A stretch of DNA of 64,000 bases, from positions 3,072,001-3,136,000 of the forward strand of contig CAWAIF010000003.1 of assembly GCA_963782055.1 (NCBI GenBank), given 5' to 3'. The number at the start of each line of letters is the position of its first letter. Position 1 is the first letter of the stretch. The notes beneath the pieces were generated by a model. The model saw only the letters and a program-made list of their open reading frames with translations. It made no database searches and had not been told where the DNA came from. Shown one piece after another: positions 1 through 9,759 of this stretch. Source of the stretch: an uncultured delta proteobacterium. GTDB taxonomy: Bacteria > Myxococcota_A > Polyangia > Polyangiales > Polyangiaceae. Position numbers and translations under genes: made by a program.

Positions 1-1231
1 GCGGCTGCAGCTCCAGGGCGAATCGAAGGTCGGCAAGGCGCACCTCTTCTCGCAGCTCTCGGTGGGGCAGGACGACTTCGACCTCTCCCTCGGCTCCCTG
101 CTCGACGGCCACAGCACCGCCACGAGGGTGCAGGGCAGGGCGCAGGTGGACGTGGGGCTGGCCCGCGGGGTGAAGCTCTTCGGCGGCATCGACGCCGACG
201 GCGGCGACCTCGACTATGCGCTGTCCTTCCCGGCCATCCCGGTGCCCGACGAGCCGGACACCGGTCCGAGCTTCGGGCGGCGGCGGCTGACCACCTCGCG
301 TCAGGTCGGCTACTTCGACCCTGCGGCCTTCGCCGACCTGGAGGTCTACCCGACGCCGCGCGTGCGTGTCGTCGCGGGCGCGCGGGTGGAGACCTTCGCG
401 CAGACCGCCGGCGCGTACGTCGAGCCGCGGGCGAGCGTGCGCTGGGCGGTGCACGCCGAACAGCCGAAGACGACGCTCAAGGCGGCGGTGGGCCTGTACG
501 CGCAGCCGCCGCAGATCCAGGAGGTGGACCCGGTGTTCGGCACGCCGGGGATCTCCGCCAACCAGGACGTGCAGCTCTCCGCCGGTATCGAGCAGCAGAT
601 CGGCCGGCGGCTGGAGCTGTCCATCGAGCCCTTCTACAAGCAGCTCTTCGACCTGGTGTCGCGGCGGCCGGACGCGGCCTCGCCCAGCGGCTTCCGCTAC
701 GGCAACGAGGGGAGCGGCTTCGCCTACGGCGCGGAGGTCATGCTCAAGCTGCTGCGCGACGCCCGGTGGATGGGCTGGCTCGCCTACACCATCTCCCGCA
801 GCGAGCGGCGCGCGCTGCCGGAGGACGACCTTCGCCTCTTCGAGTACGACCAGACGCACGTGCTCTCCGCGCTCGCCAGCTACCGACCCGGTGGCGGCTG
901 GGAGGTGGGCGCGCGCGTGCGCTACGTGACCGGAGACCCCTACACCGCCATCGGCGGCGGCTACTTCGACGCCGACGCCGGGGACTACGGCCCGGTCGAC
1001 CTGCTGCCCTTGTATTCTGCACGTTATCCGGAGTTCTTCTCCCTGGACGTGCGCGTGGAGAAGCGCTTCCGCATCCTCCGGGACTCCACGCTCGCGGTGT
1101 ACCTGGACATCATGAACGCCACCAACAAGCGCAACGTGGAGAGCCTGACCTACAGCTTCGACTACGGCGCGACGTCGTCGGTCGGCGGCCTGCCCATCCT
1201 CCCCACCCTGGGCGTGAGGCTGGAGCTGTGA
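1..1231 (+). CDS. TonB-dependent receptor, C-terminal beta-barrel (5' end outside window)
   Basis: Alternating beta-strand pattern; EPRAS, YDQTHVL, LDVRVEKRF, LDIMNATN motifs; terminal GVRLEL. Confidence 0.85.
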   Translation, partial: RLQLQGESKVGKAHLFSQLSVGQDDFDLSLGSLLDGHSTATRVQGRAQVDVGLARGVKLFGGIDADGGDLDYALSFPAIPVPDEPDTGPSFGRRRLTTSRQVGYFDPAAFADLEVYPTPRVRVVAGARVETFAQTAGAYVEPRASVRWAVHAEQPKTTLKAAVGLYAQPPQIQEVDPVFGTPGISANQDVQLSAGIEQQIGRRLELSIEPFYKQLFDLVSRRPDAASPSGFRYGNEGSGFAYGAEVMLKLLRDARWMGWLAYTISRSERRALPEDDLRLFEYDQTHVLSALASYRPGGGWEVGARVRYVTGDPYTAIGGGYFDADAGDYGPVDLLPLYSARYPEFFSLDVRVEKRFRILRDSTLAVYLDIMNATNKRNVESLTYSFDYGATSSVGGLPILPTLGVRLEL

Positions 1232-2134
1232 GCCCGCCCAGGTCCACGCGCGCGCGCGCGGCGTTCGCGGTGACGGCGGCCATGGCGGTCTTCGCGGCGT
1301 CGTGCGAGCCGTCCGGCTACGAGCCGCAGAGCGAGGTCGACACCCTCCGCGTCCTCGCCGTGAAGGCGGATCTGCCGTTCGCGCAGCCGGGCGAGAAGGT
1401 GCACCTGACCGCGCTGGTGGCCGACCCGCTCGGCGACGGGCGGGCCGTCTCGATGGCGTGGGGGACGTGCGAGAACCCGGGGTCCGGCGGAGATCCCGGC
1501 GTGCGAGGCGAAGGTGTCCGGGTACACCCTCGGCACGAGGTCTTTCGACGTGACCGTGCCCGCCGACGCGCTGGAGGGGCTGCCGCCGGAGGCGCCTGTC
1601 GGCGAGGTGGGCGTCGTCTTCGCGGCGTGCGCCGGCACCCTGCTGCCCGCGCCCACGCAGACGTCGCCCGTCTCCTGCGTCGACGCCCAGGGCGGCGCGG
1701 TGGGGCGCCAGGGCTTCCTGTGGGGCGGCAAGCGCATCGTGGTGGTGCCCGGGGTGCGCAACCAGAACCCCGCCATCGTCCGCGTGCGGCTAGACGGCGT
1801 GATCTGGAGCGAGTCCTACGTACCGGTCATCGACGGGTGCCCCCGCGCCACGCTGGACGACTGCCCGGACGCCCTGCAGCACGTCTTCACCGTGGAGGTG
1901 ACGCCGGAGAGCCGGGAGACCTACGGCGACCAGACGGAGGACCTGGTGGCGTGGTTCTTCGTCTCGCAGGGCGAGGTGCAGGACGACTACCTCCGGCCGG
2001 GGGACGACTTCGCCGCGGCGACGGCCTTCGCGCCCACCGCGGCGGACCCCTCGCGCCCGGTCGAGGTGTGGTTCGTCGTCCGCGACGACCGGGGGGGCGT
2101 GGACTTCACCCACCGGTCGATGCGCCTGCGATGA
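1228..2134 (+). pseudogene. Lipoprotein associated with the TonB receptor, split by a single extra base near 1485 (real or sequencing error)
   Basis: GTG at 1228 overlaps upstream TGA; lipobox-like FAASC, LRVLAVKADLP in one frame, continuing as AEIPACEAKVSGYTLG...WFVVRDDRGG in the +1 frame (ORF 1514..2134). Confidence 0.7.
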
Positions 2135-2168
2135 CGCCGTCCGGCCGCGGATTTGCTACGGTCGCGGC

Positions 2169-3659
2169 GTGACGACCCTGCGCCTCGTCGAGGTGGAGAA
2201 GCGCTTCGGATCGCTCGTCGCGGTCACCGGGGCGAGCGTGACGTTCGAGCCCGGGCGCATCCACGCGGTGGTCGGCGAGAACGGCGCGGGCAAGAGCACG
2301 CTGCTGCGCGTGGCGGCGGGCACGCTGGCGCCGGACGCGGGGCACGTGGAGATCGACGGCGTGCGGCTCGCCCCTCACACGGCCGCGCAGGCGATCGCGC
2401 GCGGGGTGGGGATGGTGGAGCAGCACTTCCTGCTCATCGACGCGCTCACCGTGCTGGACAACGCGATGCTGGGGGTGGAGCCCACGCGCGGGGTGCGCCT
2501 GGACCGCCCGGCGGCGGCGAGGAAGCTCGACGGCGTGCTCGCCGAGCTGGGCGCGACGCTCGACACGCGCGCGCGGGTGGCGGAGCTCGGCGTGGGGGAG
2601 CGGCAGCGGCTGGAGATCGCGCGCGTCCTCTTCCGCGACGCGCGCGTGGTGATCCTGGACGAGCCCACCGCGGTGCTGACGCCGCAGGAGGCGGAGGCGC
2701 TGTACGCGACGCTCCGCAAGCTGGCGGCCGCCGGGCGCGCGGTCGTCGTGGTGACGCACAAGCTGGACGAGGTCTACGATCACGCCGAGGCGGTGACCGT
2801 GCTCCGCCGCGGCCGGCTGATCGAGACGCGCCCGGTGCACCGGGGGACGCGCGCGGAGGACATGCGCGCGCTCGGGCGCGACGTGATGGGCGCGGAGGCG
2901 CCGGAGGAGGCGCCCACGGCCGCGGCCCCGGCGGGCGAGACGGTGCTGGCGGTGAACGGGCTGGCGTGCGGGCGTGCGCTGCGCGGGGTCACGCTCTCGG
3001 TCGCGCGCGGGGAGATCGTGGGCGTCGCCGGGGTGGAGGGCAACGGCCAGCGGGAGCTGGTGCACGTCCTCGCCGGCCTCGTCGAGGCGACGGCGGGGGA
3101 GGTGCGCGCGTCGGCGCCTGTCGCGGTGGTGCACGAGGACCGGCAGGAGGAGGGGCTGGTGCTGGACGCGTCCCTCTTCGACAACGCGCTACTCGGCGAT
3201 CTCGCGCGCTTCGCCCGCGGCGGGCTGCTGGCGATGGGGCGCGCCGGGGCGGAGGCGGAGCGGCGCCTGCGCGACGGCGGCGTGCGGCCGCGTGATCTGG
3301 AGCTGCCCGCGGTGGCCCTCTCCGGCGGCAACCAGCAGAAGATCGTGGTCGAGCGGGCGATGGCGCGGGCGGACGCGACACGCGGCGCGGCGGCGGCGGG
3401 CGTGCTGGTGCTCGCCCACCCGACGCGCGGCGTGGACCTCGGCGCCGCGCGAGCCATTCGCGCGCGCGTGCGGGCGGCCGCCGCGGCGGGGGCGGGGGTG
3501 CTGGTCTTCGGCGCCGACCTGGACGAGCTGCGCGTGCTCTGCCACCGCATCCTGGTCATCGCGCGCGGTCGCATCGCCGGCGAGCTGCCGCCGAGCGCTA
3601 GCAACGAGGCCATCGGCGCGCTCATGCTCGCGGGCGCGGCGACAGGGGGCGCGGCGTGA
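2169..3659 (+). CDS. Sugar/nucleoside ABC transporter ATP-binding protein (two ATPase domains)
   Basis: Walker A GENGAGKST, ILDEPT, second domain GVEGNGQ, LSGGNQQK, PTRGVD. Confidence 0.92.
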   Translation: MTTLRLVEVEKRFGSLVAVTGASVTFEPGRIHAVVGENGAGKSTLLRVAAGTLAPDAGHVEIDGVRLAPHTAAQAIARGVGMVEQHFLLIDALTVLDNAMLGVEPTRGVRLDRPAAARKLDGVLAELGATLDTRARVAELGVGERQRLEIARVLFRDARVVILDEPTAVLTPQEAEALYATLRKLAAAGRAVVVVTHKLDEVYDHAEAVTVLRRGRLIETRPVHRGTRAEDMRALGRDVMGAEAPEEAPTAAAPAGETVLAVNGLACGRALRGVTLSVARGEIVGVAGVEGNGQRELVHVLAGLVEATAGEVRASAPVAVVHEDRQEEGLVLDASLFDNALLGDLARFARGGLLAMGRAGAEAERRLRDGGVRPRDLELPAVALSGGNQQKIVVERAMARADATRGAAAAGVLVLAHPTRGVDLGAARAIRARVRAAAAAGAGVLVFGADLDELRVLCHRILVIARGRIAGELPPSASNEAIGALMLAGAATGGAA

Positions 3660-4744
3660 GCGCGCGGCGCGCCAGCGGCGCGGCGTGGGAGGCGGACCTG
3701 CTCTCCATGCTGACCGGCGTGCTCGCCGCATGGATCGCCTTCTCCCTGCTGGTGTGGGCCTACGGCGAGTCGCCGCGGGCGATGGGCGCGCTCGTCCTCT
3801 CCGGCACGTGGGGCAGCGCGTACGGCCTCGGCCAGGTGCTCTTCAAGGCGACGCCGCTGCTCTTCTCCGGGCTCGCGGTGCACTTCGCGCTGCGCGCGGG
3901 CCTCTTCAACATCGGCGCGGAGGGTCAGCTCATGGTCTCCAGCCTAGCGGTGGCGACGCTCGGGGCGCGCCTCCCGCCGGGGACGCCGGCCGCGCTCGCC
4001 TGGCCGCTGCTCTTCGTGGTGGCGGCCGCCGCGGGGGCGATCTGGGCCGCGCTGCCGGCGCTGCTGCGCGCGCGCTACGGCGCGCACGAGGTCATCTCCA
4101 CCATCATGATGAACAGCATCGGCAGCGCGCTCGTGGGCTTCCTGCTCGGGCTGGGGCTCGCGCAGAAGGACACCGTGCGCACACCGGACATCGTGCCCGG
4201 CGCGCGGCTGCCGAAGCTGGACCGCTGGGTGGGGGCGCTGCACGGGAGCGCGGCGAGCGTCGCGCTGTTCTTCGGACTGGCGCTGGTGGTGGCGGTGATG
4301 CTCCTGCTGCCGCGCACGCGCGCGGGGCGCGAGCTCGCGCTGGTGGCAGAGAACCCGGTCGCGTGCCGCGCGGAGCGCGTGCCGGTGCGCGCGCGGCTCT
4401 TCCAGGCGCTGGTCGTGTCGGGCGCGCTGGCGGGGCTGGGTAGCCTGCCGACGGTGCTGGGGTACAAGGGCTACTTCGAGCAGGGGCTCGGCGCGGGCGC
4501 AGGGTTCGCCGGGCTGGCGGTGGCGATCCTCGGCCGGGGGCGGATCGCCGGCGTCATCTTCGCCGCGCTGCTCTTCGGGACGCTGGCGCAGGGCGGGCTG
4601 GCGATCAACGCGCACGTCCCCATGGAGGTGATGGACGTCATCCAGGGCGTGGTGGTGGTGGCGGTGGCGCTGGGTGACGCGAGGGTGCGCGCGTGGCTCG
4701 TCGACCGCATGCGCGGGGCGGCGCGACCGGAGGAGGCCTCGTGA
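3656..4744 (+). CDS. Nucleoside/sugar ABC transporter permease
   Basis: Hydrophobic; GLFNIGAEGQ, HEVISTIMMN motifs; coupled to ATPase. Confidence 0.9.
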   Translation: MSARRASGAAWEADLLSMLTGVLAAWIAFSLLVWAYGESPRAMGALVLSGTWGSAYGLGQVLFKATPLLFSGLAVHFALRAGLFNIGAEGQLMVSSLAVATLGARLPPGTPAALAWPLLFVVAAAAGAIWAALPALLRARYGAHEVISTIMMNSIGSALVGFLLGLGLAQKDTVRTPDIVPGARLPKLDRWVGALHGSAASVALFFGLALVVAVMLLLPRTRAGRELALVAENPVACRAERVPVRARLFQALVVSGALAGLGSLPTVLGYKGYFEQGLGAGAGFAGLAVAILGRGRIAGVIFAALLFGTLAQGGLAINAHVPMEVMDVIQGVVVVAVALGDARVRAWLVDRMRGAARPEEAS

Positions 4745-5667
4745 GCGCGCTCGGTGCGGTCTTGTCCCTGGCGATGCTCGGGCAGACCGTGCGCGCGAGC
4801 GTGCCGTACGTGCTGGCGGCGCAGGGCGGCGTGTGGAGCGAGCGCAGCGGCGTGGTGAACATCGCGCTGGAGGGGATGCTCCTGGCCGGCGGGCTCGCCA
4901 GCGTCGCGGTCTCGGTCGCCACGGGGAGCGCGGTGCTCGGCCTGGTGGGGGCGGCGGCGGCGGGGGTGCTGCTCGGCCTGCTCCACGTCACGGTGGTGGA
5001 GCGCGGCCGGGTGGACGCCATCATCAGCGGGCTGGCCATCAACCTCATCGCCGCGGGCGGCACGCGCGTGGTGCTCCGTACCCTGTACAAGTCCAGCTCC
5101 AACTCGCCGGCGATCGAGGGCTTCCGCCGCGTGGCGAGCGGCGGCGTGGGCGCGCTCGTCTCCGCCCTCGTCGACCCCATGACGCTCCTCTGCGTCGCCG
5201 CGGTCGCGGTGACCGTGCTCACCCTGAAGGAGACGCGCCTCGGCCTGCGCGTGCGCGCGTCGGGCGAGGGGCCGGTCGCCGCCGCGGGCGCGGGCGTGCC
5301 GGTCGTCCGCGTCCGCACGCTCGCGGTGGCGATCGGCGGCGCGCTGGCCGGGCTGGGCGGCGCGGCGCTCGCGTACGATCAGCACCAGTTCCAGAGCGGG
5401 ATGAGCGGCGGGCGCGGCTTCATCGCCCTGGCGGCGGTGGTGCTCTCCGGCTGGCGCGCGGGGCGCGCGGCGGCGCTCTGCGTCGCCTTCGCGGTGCTCG
5501 ACGCGCTGCAGGTGGCGCTGCAGGGTCAGACGCGCGCGCTGCAGGACGTGGTGCAGATGCTCCCCTATGCCGCGGCGCTCTTCGCGCTGGGGGCGCTGGC
5601 TCGACCCGGACGCACGCGCCTCTTCGGCGGCCCGCCGCCCGCCGGGCTGGGCAAGCACGCCTCCTGA
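4741..5667 (+). CDS. Nucleoside/sugar ABC transporter permease 2
   Basis: SERSGVVNIALEGMLL, GRGFIALAA, QMLPY motifs; GTG start overlaps upstream stop. Confidence 0.9.
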   Translation: MSALGAVLSLAMLGQTVRASVPYVLAAQGGVWSERSGVVNIALEGMLLAGGLASVAVSVATGSAVLGLVGAAAAGVLLGLLHVTVVERGRVDAIISGLAINLIAAGGTRVVLRTLYKSSSNSPAIEGFRRVASGGVGALVSALVDPMTLLCVAAVAVTVLTLKETRLGLRVRASGEGPVAAAGAGVPVVRVRTLAVAIGGALAGLGGAALAYDQHQFQSGMSGGRGFIALAAVVLSGWRAGRAAALCVAFAVLDALQVALQGQTRALQDVVQMLPYAAALFALGALARPGRTRLFGGPPPAGLGKHAS

Positions 5668-5697
5668 CCCCGCCGCCGGGCTGATATAAAGGACGGG

Positions 5698-6894
5698 ATG
5701 CCCGAGCTGTCCGACGTCGCCCGCGCCATCCGCACCGGCGTCTTCGCCGAGCTGGAGGGCGCCATCGCCGAGCGGCGCGGGCGGGGAGGGGACATCGTGC
5801 CCCTTCACATCGGCGACACGCACCGGGCGCCGCCGGCGCAGGCGCGCTACGAGCGAGCCATCGAGGGCGCCACCGACGAGGCGCTCTACGCCTACGGCGC
5901 GACCGCCGGCGTGGCGGAGCTTCGCGACGCGATCGCCGCCGGGCTGGAGGCGCGCGGCCGCGGGCTGCCCGGCATGAGCGGGGAGGCGCACGTGCTCGTC
6001 GGCGCGGGGGCCACCCACGCCCTCTCCTGCGCGGTGCGCGCCGTCGTGGGGCCGGGCGACGAGGTGGCGCTGGCGTCGCCGTACTGGCCGCTCGCCCACG
6101 GGATCCTGGCGAGCGCGGGGGCGCGCATCCGCGAGGTGCCGCTCACCTCCCGCCTCTACGAGGACCCCTCGCTGGACGCCGCGGAGATCCTCGCCGCCGG
6201 GCTCGGCCCCCGGACGCGCGCCCTCTACCTCATCACCCCCAACAACCCCGACGGCAAGGTGCTCTCCGCCGCGCAGCTCGCCGCGGTGGCGCGGCTGGCG
6301 GTGGAGCGCGACCTGTGGGTGATCGCCGACGAGGTGTATGCAGACTACACGTATCAGGGGGAGCACGTGTCGGTCGCCCGGCTTCCGGGGATGGCGGAGC
6401 GCACCATCACGGCGTACTCCCTCTCCAAGAGCCACGCGCTGGCGGGGGCCCGCATCGGCTACGCGGTCGCGCCGGCGGAGGTGGTGCGCGCGGCGCGGCG
6501 CGTGTCGGTCCACAGCGTCTTCAACGTGCCTGTGGTGGCGCAGCGCGCGGCGCTGGGGGCGGTGCGCTCCGGCGCGGCGTGGATGAGCGAGGCGCGGCAG
6601 GACTACGTGGCGGCGCGCGACGCGGCGGCGGCGGCGCTGGAGGGCTCCGGAGTGCGCTTTCACCTCGCCGAGGGAGGGGTGTACCTCTTTCTGGATTTCC
6701 GGGAGCTGCTGGGAGACCGGCCGCTCCGGGCGCTGATGGAGCCGGCGATCGAGCGCGGGGTGCTGCTCGCGCCGGGGGAGGCGTTCGGGGCGGGGTTCGA
6801 GCGGTTCGCGCGGCTGTGTTACACGAGCGTGCCGCGGGCGCGGGTGGTGGAGGGGATCCGGAGGCTGCGGGAGGCGCTCGGGGCGCTGGGGTGA
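5698..6894 (+). CDS. PLP-dependent aminotransferase class I/II
   Basis: PNNPDG, ADEVY, SLSKSHALAGARIGY (PLP lysine). Confidence 0.92.
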   Translation: MPELSDVARAIRTGVFAELEGAIAERRGRGGDIVPLHIGDTHRAPPAQARYERAIEGATDEALYAYGATAGVAELRDAIAAGLEARGRGLPGMSGEAHVLVGAGATHALSCAVRAVVGPGDEVALASPYWPLAHGILASAGARIREVPLTSRLYEDPSLDAAEILAAGLGPRTRALYLITPNNPDGKVLSAAQLAAVARLAVERDLWVIADEVYADYTYQGEHVSVARLPGMAERTITAYSLSKSHALAGARIGYAVAPAEVVRAARRVSVHSVFNVPVVAQRAALGAVRSGAAWMSEARQDYVAARDAAAAALEGSGVRFHLAEGGVYLFLDFRELLGDRPLRALMEPAIERGVLLAPGEAFGAGFERFARLCYTSVPRARVVEGIRRLREALGALG

Positions 6895-6941
6895 GATCGT
6901 GGACGTGAGCGCGCACGCGCCTCCACTCGTGGGAGGAGCGG

Positions 6942-8528
6942 CTAGCGGGCGGGGATGAGGGACGTGGCGCGCTCCGCCAGGGCGGTGATGGTGAGCGAGG
7001 GGTTCACCCCCGGGTTGGCCGACACGGCGCTGCCATCGATGACGTAGAGGCCCTCGTAGCCGAAGACGCGGTGGGCGTGGTCGATGACGCCGTCGGCGGC
7101 GCCGGAGCCCATGCACGCCCCGCCCAGGATGTGCGCGGTGGAGGGGACCCCGAGGAGCGTCTCGGTCAGCATCGTCGCGGGGACGCCACCCACCTTCTCG
7201 GCGAAGCGCCGCGCCAGGTCCACCGCCTCCGGCATGTTGGCCTGCGGGGCGTGCGCGGGGTCGTCCAGCACGGTCACGAGGCCGCGGCGGAAACCGGTGC
7301 GCGCCCCGCGCCCCAGGCGCATGCGCAGGCTGCCCTCCAGCGTGCGCATGTACAGCAGCACCTGGCTCTGCCTGGCGAAGTCGGCCACGGCGTACGCCTT
7401 CGCCCAGCGCACCGGGTGGGTGATCAGGCTGCGCATCGCGTTGCCCATACGGCCGATCGCGTGCGCGCCCTCCGCCTGCGGCAGGATCATGGTGCGGAAG
7501 AAGCCGGACCCCGCGGCGTAGCGCACCGGCTCGATGTGGCTGTGGTCGTCGGTGTGCAGGATGGAGGTGATGGCGACGCCCTTGGAGAAGTCGGCGTCGC
7601 GGTCCGGGACGATGACGCCGCACAGCGCCTCGCTGTTGGTGCGCACCGCGTCGCCCACGCGATCGGACAGGTGCGGGAGGCCCTCGGGGTCCTCCTTCAT
7701 CGCGAGCAGCAAGGGCACGGTGCCCATCACGCCCCCGGCGAAGATCACGCGGTCCGCCGTGACCGCCTCCTCGCCGCGCGCGCCGCGGGTCTCGACGCGG
7801 TACGGCCCGCGACCCCCGGTACCGGAGCCCCCGGCGGACCCGGGCCGGACCGCCGTCACCTCCGTCTCGGCGCGCACCTCCGCGCCACGCTGCTGTGCAA
7901 GATACAGGTAATTCCAGTCCAGCGTGTTCTTCGCGCCCACCCGGCAGCCGGTCATGCACGCGCCGCAGAAGATGCAGCCGACGCGGTCGGGGCCCTCCCC
8001 GCCGAAGTAGGGATCCGGCACCCGCTTGCCCGGCTCGCCGAAGAAGACGCCGACGTCGGTGGGGTGGAAGTGCTCCTCGCGGCCGAGATCGCGGGCGATC
8101 TCGCGCAGGACCTCGTCGCCGCGGGTCATGAGCGGGTTGCGCGCCGCGCCCAGCATGCGCCTGGCGGTGGCGTAGTGCGGGGAGAGCTCGTCCTTCCAGG
8201 GCGCCAGGCGCGCCCAGGAGTCGGCGGCGAAGAAGTCGTCCTTGGGGACGGGCAAGGTGTTCGCGTAGACGAGGGAGCCGCCGCCAACGCCCACGCCGTG
8301 GAGCACCGTCACGTGCTCCAGGAAGGACATCTGGAAGATGCCGCGCATCCCCGCGGAGGGCATCCACATCCACTTGCGCAGGTCCCAGTTGGACCTGGGG
8401 AAGTCCTCCAGCGCCCAGCGCTTGCCCTTCTCCACCACCAGGACGCGCCAGCCCTTCTCTGCCAGGCGCAGGGCGGAGACGCTGCCGCCGAAGCCGGACC
8501 CGATGACGATGACGTCGAAGTCGCTCAT
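6942..8528 (-). CDS. GMC oxidoreductase, cholesterol oxidase (ChoD)-like
   Basis: GSGFGG FAD motif, GVGGGSLVYAN, CxxCxxCxxGC, TAHILGG, GVNPSLTITALAER. Confidence 0.85.
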   Translation of the reverse strand: MSDFDVIVIGSGFGGSVSALRLAEKGWRVLVVEKGKRWALEDFPRSNWDLRKWMWMPSAGMRGIFQMSFLEHVTVLHGVGVGGGSLVYANTLPVPKDDFFAADSWARLAPWKDELSPHYATARRMLGAARNPLMTRGDEVLREIARDLGREEHFHPTDVGVFFGEPGKRVPDPYFGGEGPDRVGCIFCGACMTGCRVGAKNTLDWNYLYLAQQRGAEVRAETEVTAVRPGSAGGSGTGGRGPYRVETRGARGEEAVTADRVIFAGGVMGTVPLLLAMKEDPEGLPHLSDRVGDAVRTNSEALCGVIVPDRDADFSKGVAITSILHTDDHSHIEPVRYAAGSGFFRTMILPQAEGAHAIGRMGNAMRSLITHPVRWAKAYAVADFARQSQVLLYMRTLEGSLRMRLGRGARTGFRRGLVTVLDDPAHAPQANMPEAVDLARRFAEKVGGVPATMLTETLLGVPSTAHILGGACMGSGAADGVIDHAHRVFGYEGLYVIDGSAVSANPGVNPSLTITALAERATSLIPAR

Positions 8529-8544
8529 CCCTCTGCCCTCTCTC

Positions 8545-9759
8545 TCAGGCTCCGAAGATGGGGTCGCCGTCGCGCAGGACCAGGGCCGCGCGCGGCGTGC
8601 CCCACGGCTGCACGATGGCGATCTCGTGCGGAAGGTCCCACGCCACCAGATCCGCGGGCGCCCCGGCCCGCAGCACGCCGGTGCCCTCGGCCAGGTCCAG
8701 CGATGCCGCCGCGTCTCGCGTCGCCGCGATCAGCGCCTCCTCGGGGGTGAGGCCGTAATGACGCACCGCCAGGGCGAGGGCGAGGGGCAGGCTCTCCGTC
8801 GGGGCGGTGCCCGGGTTGGCGTCGCTGGCGACGAAGAAGCGCACGCCGGCGGACCGCAGGAGCGCGACGGGCGGCGGGGGCTGCGCCAGGGTGAAGCTGG
8901 CGATGGGCAGCAGGCCGGCGACGGTGCCGCTCTCCGCCAGGGCGCGCGCGCCGGCCTCGCCGAGGTGCTCCAGGTGATCGGCGGACCGGGCGCCGAGCTC
9001 GGCGGCGAGCTCCGCACCGCCCACGTCGGAGAACTGCCCGACGTGCAGGCGCACGCCCAGGCCGTGCGCGCGCGCCGCCTCGCCGAGGGCGCGTGCCTCC
9101 GGCACGGTGAAGGCGTGGGCGTCCACGTAGGCGTCCACGAACCGCGCGAGGCCGTCGCGGGCGACCTCCTCCACCATGGCGATCATCTCGGCGACGTAGC
9201 CGTCGCGGTCTTCCTTGCGTGACGGGGGGATGGCGTGCAGGGCGAGGAAGGTGGGCACGACACGCGGCAGACCGGCGCGCGCGGCGACGCGGGCGATGGC
9301 GCGCAGCTGCTTGCGCTCCAGCGCGGGCAGCAGCCCGTAGCCGCTCTTGACCTCCACGGTGGTCACGCCGAGCGCCGCCATGCGCCGCAGGCGCGCCTCG
9401 AGGGCCGCGGCGATCTCGTCCTCCGTCGCGGACTCCACCGCGCGGTGGGTGCTGAGGATGCCCCCTCCCGCCGCGGCGATGGCGACGTAGTCCCCGCCGG
9501 CCATGCGCACCGCGTACTCGGCGTGGCGCGAGCCCGCCCACGCCGCGTGGGTGTGGGCGTCCACCAGCCCGGGGGTGACGAGGTCGAAGGTGCGTGCAGA
9601 GTGCACGTGTTCCGCGGGGAGCTCGGCGCGCGCACCGACCCACGCGACGCGGCCGTCCTCGCCCACCACCAGGGCAGCGTCGTCGAGGGAGGCCCCAGCG
9701 GCGAGGGCAGGGTCAGAGGTGCAGAGGCGCCTCGCCAGAAGGACGTGGCGGGCGGTCAT
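8545..9759 (-). CDS. hutI: Imidazolonepropionase
   Basis: PGLVDAHTH, GGGILST, EVKSGYGL, DHLE, SDANPG motifs; ATG at 9759 overlaps nagZ stop. Confidence 0.88.
   Translation of the reverse strand: MTARHVLLARRLCTSDPALAAGASLDDAALVVGEDGRVAWVGARAELPAEHVHSARTFDLVTPGLVDAHTHAAWAGSRHAEYAVRMAGGDYVAIAAAGGGILSTHRAVESATEDEIAAALEARLRRMAALGVTTVEVKSGYGLLPALERKQLRAIARVAARAGLPRVVPTFLALHAIPPSRKEDRDGYVAEMIAMVEEVARDGLARFVDAYVDAHAFTVPEARALGEAARAHGLGVRLHVGQFSDVGGAELAAELGARSADHLEHLGEAGARALAESGTVAGLLPIASFTLAQPPPPVALLRSAGVRFFVASDANPGTAPTESLPLALALAVRHYGLTPEEALIAATRDAAASLDLAEGTGVLRAGAPADLVAWDLPHEIAIVQPWGTPRAALVLRDGDPIFGA

Noticed and set aside
4471..8373. 1300-aa minus-strand ORF and similar giant Arg/Ala/Pro-rich ORFs (e.g. 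11849..15559, 15896..18862, 25689..28913, 47901..50597)
   Set aside because: Shadow frames of real genes in a very GC-rich genome; no motifs and they overlap well-supported CDSs
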